Below are positions 18,883-32,571 of a stretch of 64,000 nt of DNA, one piece after another. The DNA is taken from assembly GCA_023259115.1 (NCBI GenBank), contig JAHFQW010000004.1, forward strand, positions 12,768 to 76,767. Direction: 5' to 3'. Made by a program: the position numbers and the translations under genes. Positions within the stretch are counted from its first letter, which is position 1. Each line of letters opens with the position of its first letter. Origin of the DNA: an archaeon. GTDB lineage: Archaea > Nanobdellota > Nanobdellia > Woesearchaeales > GW2011-AR9. The notes under the pieces are model-generated. The model worked only from the letters and a program-made list of their open reading frames with translations, did not search any database and was not told the origin of the DNA.

Positions 18883-21800
18883 ATGACTAAAGTTAAACGC
18901 ATAACTATCCACGGATTCAAAAGTTTTGCTCATAAAACTGACATCCCTTTTAATGATAAATTCAACTGTATTCTAGGTCCAAATGGTTCTGGCAAAAGTA
19001 ACATCGGCGACGCCCTCTGTTTCGTGCTTGGCAGACTCTCTGCAAAATCCATGCGTGTAGAAAAAGCCTCAAACCTCATCTTCAACGGCGGAAAAAATAA
19101 AAAAGCTGCCTCTACCGCCATGGTCGAGATCGTCTTCTCCAACGAAGATAAAATCTTCCCAATTAATGCAGACGAAGTTGCCGTCAGCCGAACCATCCAA
19201 GAGAATGGCAACAGCATCTATCGCATCAACGAAAAAAAGATGACCCGCACCGAAATTATCGATCTCCTCTCCCACGCACGTATCAATCCCGATGGCTACA
19301 ACATCATCCTTCAAGGCGACATTACTCACTTCGTTGAAATGTCTCCCCTAGAACGCCGTAAAATCATCGAAGAAATCAGCGACGTCTCCCTCTATGAAGA
19401 AAAAAAACACAAAGCCATGCTTGAACTGCAAAAAGTCGAAGAACAACTCAACAACGCCGAAATCATACTCAAAGAACGTAAAACCTACTTAAAAGAACTC
19501 AAAAAAGACCGTGATCAAGCTCTGCAATATAAAGAAACACTTGATAAAATTAACAGCCTCAAAGCCACTCACACCCATCACCAAATCACTCAGAGAGAAA
19601 TCATCAAACAAAAATACGACCAAGAAATCACCGCACATCAAGAAAAAATAACAGACGCCGAAACCAAAATCAAGGTACTCAAAGAAAATATAACCTCTCA
19701 CAAAACCGAAATCACAAACATCAACCATGAAATCGAACAGAAAGGCGAGAAAGAACAGCTCAAAGTTCACAAAGAAATCGAAGACCTCAAAGTCAATATC
19801 GCCAAAGACAAAACCCGCGTCTCAACCATCAAAGACGAACTAAATAAGATCCAATTGCGTCAAGACCAATTTGAAGAAGAAATCAAAGAACTCGGACAAA
19901 AAGCCAGCCTCATCAACCAGAAACAAAAAGATCTTACCCTAAATATTAACAACAAATCTCGTGACATCGCCGAAGTCGAATTGCGTATCTCCGAATTCAA
20001 AAAGAAACATAACATCGAATCATCTCAAGAAATCGAAAAAGATATCGAAGAAAAAGAAAAAATCATCGAACAATCACAAGAAGAAGTCCAACAAATTCGT
20101 CTCAAACAACAAGAATCTTTACGTGAAAAAGACAAATTAGAATTTCAACTGCAAAGCATCGACGAACGTATCAAAAAAGTACATGAAGTCGAACAAAGCA
20201 ATCAAGCCCAAGTAAAGCAGCTGCAAGAGCAAAAAACTAACTTCAAAAATGCCACCCTGCGATTAAACCAGCTTCTTGACCAAGATAGCAGTTTTGCTTC
20301 TCAATTATCAAACGCGCGAAAAAAACTCACCGAATTACAAGAACAATACGCCAAACTCAACGCCAAAAGCATGTCCATTCAAGCTGGCGTCTCTGCCAAC
20401 GAAGCCATCCGCTCCATTCTCGAAAACAAAAAGAAATTCAAAGGAGTATATGGCACCATCGCCGAACTGGGTCAAGTCAATAAAAAATATGCTCTTGCCC
20501 TCGAAGTCACTGCCGGAAACCGTATGCAAAACATCGTTGTCGAAGATGATAAAACTGCCGCCGAATGTATCGACTACCTCAAAAGCAATAAACTAGGAAC
20601 CGCCTCATTCATACCGCTAAATAAAATAAGAACACAAGAAATCACCAAAGAAGATAAAATCCTCCTCAAACAACCAAATGTCCATGACTTCGCTCTAAAC
20701 CTCATCACTTTCCAGCCAAAATACGAAAAAGCCTTTGCCCACGTCTTTGGCAATACCCTCATCGTAGAAAATATCGAAACCGCACGAAAAATAGGTATAG
20801 GCCGAATCAAAATGGCCGCCATTGATGGCAACGTCGCCGAAGCCAGCGGTGTTATGCGAGGTGGATTTATCTTCAAAAAATTATCATCTGGCTTCATGGA
20901 AAAAGACTCTTTAGAAGAACTCGGAAAAGTGGAACAAGACATTGAAGAACTGCAAAGTGTACTCCACAACATCGAAATTAAACGAGAAACCAACGAACAA
21001 GAGATCTCCGCACTTCGAACCAAAAAAGCCGAACTCGAAGGAGAAATCATCAAACTCGAAAAAACACTCCATCTTGGGACAGAAGATTTAGACGCTTCAG
21101 AAACTCTCAAAAAAGATATCGCTCAAAAACTCAAAACGATCAACGAAGACTTAAGCCAAATCAGTAAATCCATTAACCTAATCAACCACAATTTAGCCGA
21201 CATTAAAACCAAAAAACAGATCTTACGCTCTCAAGTAAACGCGCTGCGAGACCCCCGACTCTTGGCCCAGCTCAGCGCTTTTGAACAATCCAAACAGCAA
21301 TATCGTGAAGATCTGCTGCATCTCGAAAACGAGCAAAAAAATAGCCAACAGCAGATAGATCAAATGATTAATCCTGAAAAAGAAAAAATCCGCGATATTC
21401 AGAAACAACACGAAAAGGAATCCAGCCAATTCAAAGAAGAAGCACAAATTCTAGCCACATCTATCACCGAAAAAGAAACCCTCCTGGAACAAAAAGAAAA
21501 AGAAAGCCGTGAATTCTACACCAAATACAAAGAAATGTTCAACCGCCGCGAAAAACTCTCCGCCGAAATTCAAAAAGCAGAGAACGACATCGAAAACATC
21601 CGTGAAAAATCACGCACCCATGAACGAGATGCCAACTTAATCTCACTCAAAAACGCCGAAATAAAAGCCAAACTCGCAGGGCTTCAAGAAGAACTGCAAA
21701 AATACAACAATGCTGCTATCTTAGAAAACAAAAACATAGAAAAACTCCAAGAAGAAATCATTGACGCCGAAAAAATCCTCTCAGAAATGTCCGCCGTCAA

Positions 21801-22374
21801 CTTAAAAGCCCTCGAAATATATGAACAGATCGAAATTGAATACAATAAACTCATTCAAAAGAAAGACAGCCTCGAAAAAGAAAAAACTGATGTCTTAACA
21901 TTGATGAATGAAATTGAAACAAAAAAGACAGAACAATTCCTCAAAACTTTTAAACAAGCCAACGACAATTTCCAGCGCATCTTTGGCAACCTCTTCAAAA
22001 AAGGCAAGGCCTACCTCGAATTAGACAACCCCAGCCAACCTTTCGAAGACGGCTTAAGCATCAAAGTCAAATTCATTGGCAACCGTTTCTTAGACTTAAA
22101 ATCCCTCTCAGGTGGAGAAAAAACCATGACTGCTCTCTCATTTATTTTTGCCATCCAAGAATATCAACCCGCGACATTTTATATCCTCGACGAAATTGAC
22201 GCTGCCCTAGATAAACAGAATTCAGAAACGCTAGCCAAATTAATCAGCAGCTACTGTGACCGCGCCCAATACATCGTCATCTCCCACAATGACTCTATCA
22301 TCTCTGAAGCGGATACATTATTTGGCATTAGTATGGTTGATGGTGTCAGTAAAGTAACTGCTCTAAAAATTTAA
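18883..22374 (+). CDS. smc: chromosome segregation protein SMC
   Basis: Walker A GPNGSGKSN, long coiled coils, hinge GVYGTIAELGQV, C-terminal signature LSGGEKTMTALSFIFA and Walker B YILDEIDAALD. 1163 aa. Confidence 0.95.
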   Translation: MTKVKRITIHGFKSFAHKTDIPFNDKFNCILGPNGSGKSNIGDALCFVLGRLSAKSMRVEKASNLIFNGGKNKKAASTAMVEIVFSNEDKIFPINADEVAVSRTIQENGNSIYRINEKKMTRTEIIDLLSHARINPDGYNIILQGDITHFVEMSPLERRKIIEEISDVSLYEEKKHKAMLELQKVEEQLNNAEIILKERKTYLKELKKDRDQALQYKETLDKINSLKATHTHHQITQREIIKQKYDQEITAHQEKITDAETKIKVLKENITSHKTEITNINHEIEQKGEKEQLKVHKEIEDLKVNIAKDKTRVSTIKDELNKIQLRQDQFEEEIKELGQKASLINQKQKDLTLNINNKSRDIAEVELRISEFKKKHNIESSQEIEKDIEEKEKIIEQSQEEVQQIRLKQQESLREKDKLEFQLQSIDERIKKVHEVEQSNQAQVKQLQEQKTNFKNATLRLNQLLDQDSSFASQLSNARKKLTELQEQYAKLNAKSMSIQAGVSANEAIRSILENKKKFKGVYGTIAELGQVNKKYALALEVTAGNRMQNIVVEDDKTAAECIDYLKSNKLGTASFIPLNKIRTQEITKEDKILLKQPNVHDFALNLITFQPKYEKAFAHVFGNTLIVENIETARKIGIGRIKMAAIDGNVAEASGVMRGGFIFKKLSSGFMEKDSLEELGKVEQDIEELQSVLHNIEIKRETNEQEISALRTKKAELEGEIIKLEKTLHLGTEDLDASETLKKDIAQKLKTINEDLSQISKSINLINHNLADIKTKKQILRSQVNALRDPRLLAQLSAFEQSKQQYREDLLHLENEQKNSQQQIDQMINPEKEKIRDIQKQHEKESSQFKEEAQILATSITEKETLLEQKEKESREFYTKYKEMFNRREKLSAEIQKAENDIENIREKSRTHERDANLISLKNAEIKAKLAGLQEELQKYNNAAILENKNIEKLQEEIIDAEKILSEMSAVNLKALEIYEQIEIEYNKLIQKKDSLEKEKTDVLTLMNEIETKKTEQFLKTFKQANDNFQRIFGNLFKKGKAYLELDNPSQPFEDGLSIKVKFIGNRFLDLKSLSGGEKTMTALSFIFAIQEYQPATFYILDEIDAALDKQNSETLAKLISSYCDRAQYIVISHNDSIISEADTLFGISMVDGVSKVTALKI

Positions 22375-22559
22375 CGCATTCAATCACAAATCCTCTCTTC
22401 TCAAAAAATATTTGACTACATCAAAAATATAATAAGATTCACTTCTCAATGAACCTAAATATTTATAAATCATAAAAATTTACTTTTTAATACAAATAAT
22501 ACAAAAATAAAAATACAAAAGAGTAAAAAAGTAAAGCAAAGTGATAGTGGTAATATTCC

Positions 22560-22889
22560 ATGGTAAAAAAGAAAAAAATATCTAAGTTTTCAAAAAACGT
22601 AACTAGGACAAATCCTTCCCTAAAACCACTTTTTACCCCTTCCTTACGTCTAAGTCAATTTAGCTTAGCATACAGCTTTTCTATACTCTGTGCCCTCTTC
22701 ATATTTATATTAAGCCTAACCGCAAAATCAACCGCCTACGGGCAAGACGCCGTAAAGATCATCCAACCCTTCTTCTTTACATTTACCAGTCTAAGTGCAT
22801 TTAGCATCATCAGTGCCATGGCCGAAGCCGCGATTCATGGTTTAATCATTGGCTTCTTAGTAGCTTGGTTGTACAACAAGTTAAGTTAA
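22560..22889 (+). CDS. small membrane protein (hypothetical)
   Basis: Two hydrophobic segments; Lys-rich N-terminus. Confidence 0.35.
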   Translation: MVKKKKISKFSKNVTRTNPSLKPLFTPSLRLSQFSLAYSFSILCALFIFILSLTAKSTAYGQDAVKIIQPFFFTFTSLSAFSIISAMAEAAIHGLIIGFLVAWLYNKLS

Positions 22890-22938
22890 TTGTTATTTAT
22901 TCAATAATTTTAAAGAGAAATAGTTTATCTAATAATAA

Positions 22939-23070
22939 AGAGGAGCTTCACCTATAAAAATCACTTGCCTATTTGAACACTTGAAACGATTTTTAACCTT
23001 GAAAATGGTTTTTTGCATTTTCATAAAATTGGATATAGTTATTCAACCACTTTATAATATCAAAAGAAGA
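22939..23070. mobile_element. second full-length but degenerate copy of the same MITE-like element
   Basis: Cargo 22965..23035 is ~90% identical to 62899..62970. The left TIR is degenerate (AGAGGAGCTTCAC) and the right end is eroded. Confidence 0.55.
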
Positions 23071-23080
23071 TAAACAACCC

Positions 23081-23317
23081 TCACAAAAACTTCTTCGCTC
23101 TCTCCATCAGTGGCATCACTTTCTCTACTTCTTCTTTTGTCATTCGTCCAAGTTTTGCAAATGACAACTCTCCTGCCGCATTCTTTGTCTCTCGACCAAT
23201 CTGCAACTTCGGCGTACCATTATTATATGCAAACACCGCAACCGTAATCTTTGATCTCTCAAAATCTAATGATTCTGCAAATAACTCTTTATCCAAATTT
23301 TTATCAAATCCTGCCAT
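23081..23317 (-). CDS. small protein, possibly a PC4-like ssDNA-binding fold
   Basis: KITVAVFAYNNGTPKLQIGRE...GELSFAKLGRMTKEE resembles the PC4/YdbC pattern (beta-strand, IREY, KGISL). Confidence 0.3.
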   Translation of the reverse strand: MAGFDKNLDKELFAESLDFERSKITVAVFAYNNGTPKLQIGRETKNAAGELSFAKLGRMTKEEVEKVMPLMERAKKFL

Positions 23318-23365
23318 ACCTAGGCGTTTAGAGAGTGTATTTAAAAAGATTATGGAAAAATTAGC

Positions 23366-24247
23366 TCAATTTCTTGTCACAGCCAAGAAAGTACACTGTA
23401 AATTGCCCTGTACTACACATTGAGATTCTCCTTCCCAAGTATGCAAAACACCGCAATTCTTTACTTTAGACTGTTCACAAGTATATGTCACAGTCCCATT
23501 CGTATTTTGTTGATATTCACAATCTTTAAATCTAATATATTGAGTAATAGACGCAGCAAGCAGTAAAGAAAAACTCGCCAGCATCATACCGCCAAGAGCA
23601 CCACTATATAACCGATTTATGGGTTTATGTTCAACTGCAACCCTATGTCGATGTTCAATTAAATCGAGTGCCTCTCCCACATTTTGTGCAATCACAAACT
23701 GACCATGCGTTGGTAAAGTAACATACGAACTGCATCGTAACGCATTAACCACTTCACAAGCTTCTTTTACATTGGCAAAGAAAATAGGAATTGAAGTTGT
23801 CTTTGAGCAACCATATTTTAACGCATCTGCATCATGTGTATGAATCACAACATTAACCTGCGGAAACGATTTGTAAATTTGATCATGGATAAGTGTTTCA
23901 CGTGAAGGTCTTGCTTTACCTGCCATAAAATACGTCCCTTTCTCATAATCAATGTTCTGAATATAAACCAAAGAATCTTTAGACAAATCTACCTTGTTAA
24001 CCCCGCTTCCCGTTATTAAAAAACCTCCTTCAGGCACTCTAACACTATAATTACCCGTAGTAGAATACTGTCCTAATTCTTTCATAAGAGGAAAAAAATC
24101 ATCACCAAGCATTTTTCCAATCGGCCTCAAAAATTCAGAAAAATACCTATCAATCAAAGAATCAACTGTTTCATTATTCAAAGAAGAAATTTCAATCTTA
24201 TAATCTCGAGGATCGCCTAATTTCATAAGACAATAAAAATAAAGCAC
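23366..24247 (-). CDS. class II aldolase/adducin N-terminal domain protein with a C-terminal TM and Cys-rich tail
   Basis: ITGSGVNK and VVIHTHDADAL motifs. The true start may be the internal Met at 24226 (MKLGDPRDY). Confidence 0.5.
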   Translation of the reverse strand: MLYFYCLMKLGDPRDYKIEISSLNNETVDSLIDRYFSEFLRPIGKMLGDDFFPLMKELGQYSTTGNYSVRVPEGGFLITGSGVNKVDLSKDSLVYIQNIDYEKGTYFMAGKARPSRETLIHDQIYKSFPQVNVVIHTHDADALKYGCSKTTSIPIFFANVKEACEVVNALRCSSYVTLPTHGQFVIAQNVGEALDLIEHRHRVAVEHKPINRLYSGALGGMMLASFSLLLAASITQYIRFKDCEYQQNTNGTVTYTCEQSKVKNCGVLHTWEGESQCVVQGNLQCTFLAVTRN

Positions 24248-24484
24248 AGATTTAAATCTTTCTCAGAAAAAATCCTCAAACCTTCCTCAACACTAACAAC
24301 AATAACTCACCTCTCTGCCACGATATTAATACGATTTGCCTGCCGTTTTTGTTTTGCCCCTCATCAATTCAATATCACACATCCCATTAGGAATTACCAC
24401 ATATCCTTTTCCCACACCAAAACAAGTTCAGCCATACAAGTCCGAAAGTACTACTAGTAGAATGAGAGGGAGAGCTATAATAAT

Positions 24485-24529
24485 TACTAAAAAGTAACAA
24501 AATAAACCAAAGATTTAAATATAAGTGAC
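24485..24529 (+). promoter_or_regulatory. shared promoter module, copy b
   Basis: ACTAAAAAGTAACAAAATAAACCAAAGATTTAAATATAAGTGACT, followed by the leader AAAAACAAACAGAGAAAAACAAAA-ATG (24594). Confidence 0.55.
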
Positions 24530-24645
24530 TAATTTAAAGAATAATCAGAAAAAAATCATCTTAATTATTAAAAACAAACAGAGAAAAACAAAAATGACAC
24601 AACTACCCCCCCTCATTAGAAATTCTTGTAGCCTCAGATGTACAT

Positions 24646-24969
24646 TTGCTCTTGTTAGGTAGAAGTGATATTAAGACGCTTAAAGTTGGTTTTGGTAAAA
24701 TTGGAGAAGATGGAATAGAATGTTATCACATTGGACCTGTTCAAGGAAAATTAGATTTTGAGTATTCCGCCGGTAAAACTTCAGATAATTTTTCATTAGT
24801 CCAAATGATGACATTCGGTAGATTAGGATTTACAATACTATCTCTTAAGACGGGGGATAGATACGCAATTCATCAGAATACAGAATCATTACCCCAAAAT
24901 ATTTCTTACCAACAAGTTCCCACATTAGATTATATGACTAGACGCTATGAATTAACTCAAGGAAAATAA
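24646..24969 (+). CDS. hypothetical protein
   Basis: 107-aa ORF downstream of a shared promoter/leader copy. The leader's ATG (24594) is in a different frame; see findings. Confidence 0.3.
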   Translation: MLLLGRSDIKTLKVGFGKIGEDGIECYHIGPVQGKLDFEYSAGKTSDNFSLVQMMTFGRLGFTILSLKTGDRYAIHQNTESLPQNISYQQVPTLDYMTRRYELTQGK

Positions 24970-24998
24970 ATTGTTATTAATTATTTTTTGCACATATT

Positions 24999-28295
<3,297 letters not shown>

Positions 28296-28366
28296 TTATC
28301 GTCGATAAAGAACTATTATTTAGAGAAGTTTCCAGTATATAAATCTATCGGTATTCGGTGATAAAA

Positions 28367-28415
28367 ACTACTAAATAGTAATTACATTATAAGAAGATTT
28401 ATAAAGATATGGCAC
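28367..28415 (+). promoter_or_regulatory. diverged copy d of the shared promoter module
   Basis: ACTACTAAATAGTAATTACATTATAAGAAGATTTATAAAGATA, then the same leader as copy b upstream of the 28491 ATG. Confidence 0.4.
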
Positions 28416-28490
28416 ATTTGAAAAAAAAGAGATACAAAATATAAAACGATTTTTGGAGAAATAAATAAAAACAAACAGAGGAAAACAAAA

Positions 28491-28760
28491 ATGCCCATCT
28501 CCCCACGTAATCTACCCCAGACAGACTATAATTTAGATGAAAAAGTGAGACAACTAGAAGCTCAAATTGATGCAAAACTAAGTGAGAGAAAACTAGAGCC
28601 AGGTGTTCTTCGATTATTTGATCTGCCCCCTTCTTATGATTCTCAACAACTCATTGAGATAGTCATAGCAGATTATCGTGCACAAGGCTGGGAAGTCACC
28701 TATCATGAAGGAAGCGCGACAAATCCTGAATCCGCTCTAGGATTTAAATACCAATTATAG
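28491..28760 (+). CDS. hypothetical protein (first gene of a three-gene operon)
   Basis: Leader AAAAACAAACAGAGGAAAACAAAA-ATG is shared with 24570..24596. A diverged copy of the shared promoter module lies upstream. Confidence 0.45.
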   Translation: MPISPRNLPQTDYNLDEKVRQLEAQIDAKLSERKLEPGVLRLFDLPPSYDSQQLIEIVIADYRAQGWEVTYHEGSATNPESALGFKYQL

Positions 28761-28763
28761 AAC

Positions 28764-29723
28764 TTGAGAAATACTATGTCTTTAAGCAATTGGGTAACCA
28801 TGGCTTTTGACACCCATGGAAAACCATGTGATGGTTCTATCTCTTCTCAGAACGGAACTAGTGTAGAAATATACAAAAACTTCTTACAAATAGGTTTTCC
28901 AAAATATTCAAAAACAGAAGAAGCAACACCCCCATGCGAACCAACCTACGCTCAGATGTACAAAGGACATATAGAGATAGGGAGTATAACCATCCACGCC
29001 TCCCGCTATCAACAACAGGATGCTATTTTTACCTTCGTCAATGACCAGCATGATATGGACAATAGAAAAATCATGTGCGGCATTGGTTGTTCAGAAACAC
29101 TAAATAGTTTTGAATGGCTCAAAAAGTACCATGCACAGGAATACGCCAAAATACCACAAAAATGTCTTCAAGAAAACAACTGGTCAATCACCCAAAATCC
29201 TCCCAAAATCATCATCGGAAAAGAACCAGGTACAACCAAATGTATTAAAGATAATAGCTTTGACCAACTAAAATATACAAAACTACATTTTACTCAATTC
29301 GATTTAAGCGTAAATGCACCTCATCAATCCATTGTTCTAGACGAGTTTGAGATACTATTAAACTGTTCTCTCCCATCGCACGATATAAGTGTAGGAATTG
29401 AACCAGACCTCTTTGAAGCCTTCAAACAGTGGCTCGTAACATTAGATGAAAAAGAAGACCTCAACATTGGTAAGGAATACATTGAAAAACTCAAATACCA
29501 AGACGCCATTCGGTTTAACCAAGGAGACGCTTTTTTTGCAGAACACTATGGCACACCCATTCCCGCTCAAAAAGCCACTTTAGAAACAGATACCCCCTAT
29601 ACCCTACAGAGCAACAACCCATCACCACTCCTCCTAACAGAAGAAAACATCACCTCTGCTCAACAAAAATTAATTAAAATATTGAAACTCAGAAAAACAC
29701 AACTAACATCACACCACAAATGA
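28764..29723 (+). CDS. hypothetical Cys-containing protein
   Basis: 319-aa ORF 3 nt downstream of the previous gene. Confidence 0.45.
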   Translation: MRNTMSLSNWVTMAFDTHGKPCDGSISSQNGTSVEIYKNFLQIGFPKYSKTEEATPPCEPTYAQMYKGHIEIGSITIHASRYQQQDAIFTFVNDQHDMDNRKIMCGIGCSETLNSFEWLKKYHAQEYAKIPQKCLQENNWSITQNPPKIIIGKEPGTTKCIKDNSFDQLKYTKLHFTQFDLSVNAPHQSIVLDEFEILLNCSLPSHDISVGIEPDLFEAFKQWLVTLDEKEDLNIGKEYIEKLKYQDAIRFNQGDAFFAEHYGTPIPAQKATLETDTPYTLQSNNPSPLLLTEENITSAQQKLIKILKLRKTQLTSHHK

Positions 29724-30628
29724 AATATGATACCAAAAATAAAATGAAACTTTCCCATATCGCAAAATCTCTTCTCCTCACAACTCTACTCAGTACCCCC
29801 TCCCTTGCCACAACTGAAACAGAACTATATCAAGAGGCTCCTCCACTCATCAAAAAAATTGTACAACACGATATAGAGGGCAGAATAGCTGTTCTGGGAT
29901 TCAATATTACTGTGAGCTGTCTCAAAGGAGGCATCACTGCACTCCTCCGACAGGAATCATTTTGGAAAAATTGCAGCAAAGCCAGTATCGGAGGCATAAT
30001 TACATTTACCGGTGAAGAAATCGCCACCCACAACAAATATCCTTTTGTTGGTCTTGCCGGAAAACTCATTCATGACACCGGCATTTCTATCTCTGATAAT
30101 ATCATGCGCGGAGAAGAATATTTCTCGCAATACCAAACTGATTTTGGACCTATCAACTTCACATTTAGAGGAAGCTATACCCCCACTATCACCTATACTC
30201 TAACGCCTCTCTACGCCATAACCCGAAACATTATCCAACATCATTCCTTTGATCTAAAAAACTCCCTCTACAACCTCACCCCTATATTCCAAACAAACGA
30301 CGCACCAAAAATGCTTCAAACCTCGCCAGGAGAAACCATGGCCTCAACCATCGGAAACGTAACACAGTATAATCCCACCATCACAACAGAAGATACACCC
30401 CTTTATCTCTCCCATGAGAATAATCATGCCCTCTTTTGGAGTAAATTACGCTTCACGAATAATATCGGAAATAAACTTGAATTTCTAGGAGAAATCGGAA
30501 AACACTGGGATTACCAGCAAGACCTCAGTAAAGCGATCTTTAACCTGCCCGGAATATTTATGAATGACACCAATCGTGCCATTTTATCCATCCCTGAACT
30601 AGAAGCATATTCCATGCAGCGGCCTTGA
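29720..30628 (+). CDS. secreted hypothetical protein
   Basis: Signal peptide MKLSHIAKSLLLTTLLSTPSLA. ATGA overlap with the upstream gene indicates translational coupling. Confidence 0.5.
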   Translation: MKYDTKNKMKLSHIAKSLLLTTLLSTPSLATTETELYQEAPPLIKKIVQHDIEGRIAVLGFNITVSCLKGGITALLRQESFWKNCSKASIGGIITFTGEEIATHNKYPFVGLAGKLIHDTGISISDNIMRGEEYFSQYQTDFGPINFTFRGSYTPTITYTLTPLYAITRNIIQHHSFDLKNSLYNLTPIFQTNDAPKMLQTSPGETMASTIGNVTQYNPTITTEDTPLYLSHENNHALFWSKLRFTNNIGNKLEFLGEIGKHWDYQQDLSKAIFNLPGIFMNDTNRAILSIPELEAYSMQRP

Positions 30629-30917
30629 AATTGAGATTAAAATAAAAATGAGGCATAATAAATTACCATAGAAACCGAACATTAAAAAGAGACACAATTC
30701 TTTTTTAACATAACAAAAAAAGACACTTCATTCAACGGGCAATACTTCATCAACGAAGTAATCTGGCAGTTTCAACACGGCAATAGCTGGATTGTCTTTG
30801 ACGTAGAAAAAATGCTGCAAGAATTAAAAAAATACCTCTTCATTGAAGAAAAATATTTCAAACAATTATATTTCTTAAAGCCTAAAAAATAACAACAACA
30901 CCCCGCCAGAACAACCT

Positions 30918-31883
30918 TCACACTTCATCCGTTCTCCAATGCGGCTTCACCGAAATATTCCCATACGAACCACGTCGTAGATAACCTTCCCATGCAATCA
31001 TCGCCCCCTGATCACCCGCTAAATCCATAGGCACTTTAAAGAATCGCGCTCCTCGCTGAGCACACATAATATCTAACATCTCACAAAAACGTGTATTTGC
31101 ACCCACTCCCCCAACTAACAATAACTCTTTCTTTCCCGTATGCGCCATCGCCCGCTCCACCACTTCAGCCAACATCGCAAAACTCGTCTCCTGCATCGAA
31201 AAACATAAATCCTCACGCGATGCTATCCCTCGTTTAAATAATTGATCCGCTTTCGTTAAAATCCCCGAAAAAGACGCATCCATCCCCTTCACCGTATACG
31301 GCAGCTCCACATACTTCCCCCTCTTCGCCAACTCCTCAATCTTTGCACCCGCAGGAAATCCCAACCCTAAAATCCGTCCAAACTTATCCAGCATATTACC
31401 TAAACCAATATCAAGTGTCTCACCAATAATTTGATACTTCCCCTCACTCAATCGCTCCTCAACAATAATCTGCGTATTCACCCCCGACACATACAAATAA
31501 CACGGATCATCTAACTTATTCCACACTTTTCCAATACTCAAATGCGCACAACAATGATTCACCCCCACCAACTTCTTCCCCTCGGTTGAAGCCCACGCAG
31601 ACACAATTCTATAGCCCGCCCACAACGCCGGATCCAATCCAGGCCCCGCCGAATACGCAATAAAATTCACATCCTTCCAAGCTATCCCTGCAACTCGAAA
31701 TGCCTCCGCTAAAATCCGCTCCGCCACTTCTTCATGATGCTTCGCCACTTTGTCTGGAATCATCCCTCCATCCGCAGAGCTATAACTATCCTTCACATTC
31801 GCCAGCACTTCACCCTGTGAATTCATCACTCCCACACCAAACGTATGAGCCGTACTCTCAACCCCGATAAAGATCATATGCAT
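30918..31883 (-). CDS. kae1: tRNA N6-adenosine threonylcarbamoyltransferase Kae1 (t6A synthesis)
   Basis: FIGVESTAHTFGVGV N-terminus, HCCAHL metal-binding motif and ASKH-fold length. Stand-alone, not fused to Bud32. Confidence 0.9.
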   Translation of the reverse strand: MHMIFIGVESTAHTFGVGVMNSQGEVLANVKDSYSSADGGMIPDKVAKHHEEVAERILAEAFRVAGIAWKDVNFIAYSAGPGLDPALWAGYRIVSAWASTEGKKLVGVNHCCAHLSIGKVWNKLDDPCYLYVSGVNTQIIVEERLSEGKYQIIGETLDIGLGNMLDKFGRILGLGFPAGAKIEELAKRGKYVELPYTVKGMDASFSGILTKADQLFKRGIASREDLCFSMQETSFAMLAEVVERAMAHTGKKELLLVGGVGANTRFCEMLDIMCAQRGARFFKVPMDLAGDQGAMIAWEGYLRRGSYGNISVKPHWRTDEV

Positions 31884-32139
31884 CTATTTTCTCCACCAGT
31901 TTTATAAATTATGCCATTTATAATTCAAATTCATTAACAGGTAAAACCTATTTGCCAATGTACCTTGAGGCGCACGTATAAATGCAAGTGGGTTCTGCAT
32001 TTTTTCTACAACACCTAATTTACCCCACACGATACAGAGCCCAGAAGTTAAGTTTGAGTTACTAAAAGCACAAAATGGGCTGCATTTTAAAGCATTCTTT
32101 CTATTTTTATTTTTAGTAATGATAGAGTTCAAACACCTA

Positions 32140-32475
32140 TCAATCCGAATAACGTTCATAGAGGGTTCCATCAGGAGCAACTAATTTAATGGGGTGTTCA
32201 AAATTAACAAAAAGTATTGTTTCGCCAAAGCGTGTTTCTTTATTTAAAGGTAATTCTCCACAGAAACCGGTTTTTCCCCCTAGAAAAAATTCTATATGAT
32301 TGCCTCTCATCTTATAGATAGGATTTCTATCTTCGGCTTCGTAACTATTTTTATCCCAAAATCTTTTTAATTCATTATGATGACCTTGGGTTGTTTGAAT
32401 TTCTTCTTTAATTTTAATTACTTTTTTATCTCCATCCCAGAGGTCATACTCAATTAACCAAGTTTCTAATGTCAT
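32140..32475 (-). CDS. hypothetical protein
   Basis: 111-aa ORF. Confidence 0.35.
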   Translation of the reverse strand: MTLETWLIEYDLWDGDKKVIKIKEEIQTTQGHHNELKRFWDKNSYEAEDRNPIYKMRGNHIEFFLGGKTGFCGELPLNKETRFGETILFVNFEHPIKLVAPDGTLYERYSD

Positions 32476-32571
32476 ATTCTACTTAGAGAATGGTTTTTAT
32501 TTAAGTTATTGTAGTATTATTTTTAACGACAATAGAAAAGTTTAAATAGAAAATGTGCTTTAGGTAATAGA

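Noticed and set aside
24594-24969. Idea that the 24594 ATG (after the shared leader) and ORF 24646..24969 are one frameshifted gene
   Set aside because: The frames differ and I cannot verify an indel by eye. Left as two observations with low confidence.
30686-30892. Open frame ending in a 26-aa Met ORF (MLQELKKYLFIEEKYFKQLYFLKPKK)
   Set aside because: The frame is open for ~70 codons but has no in-frame start before the last 26 codons. It is preceded by a repeat fragment, so it is more likely a gene remnant than a functional CDS.
31902-32180. 92-aa minus-strand ORF between kae1 and the 111-aa ORF
   Set aside because: It overlaps the probable promoter region of kae1, has an unusual composition and no ribosome-binding site, so it is likely spurious.
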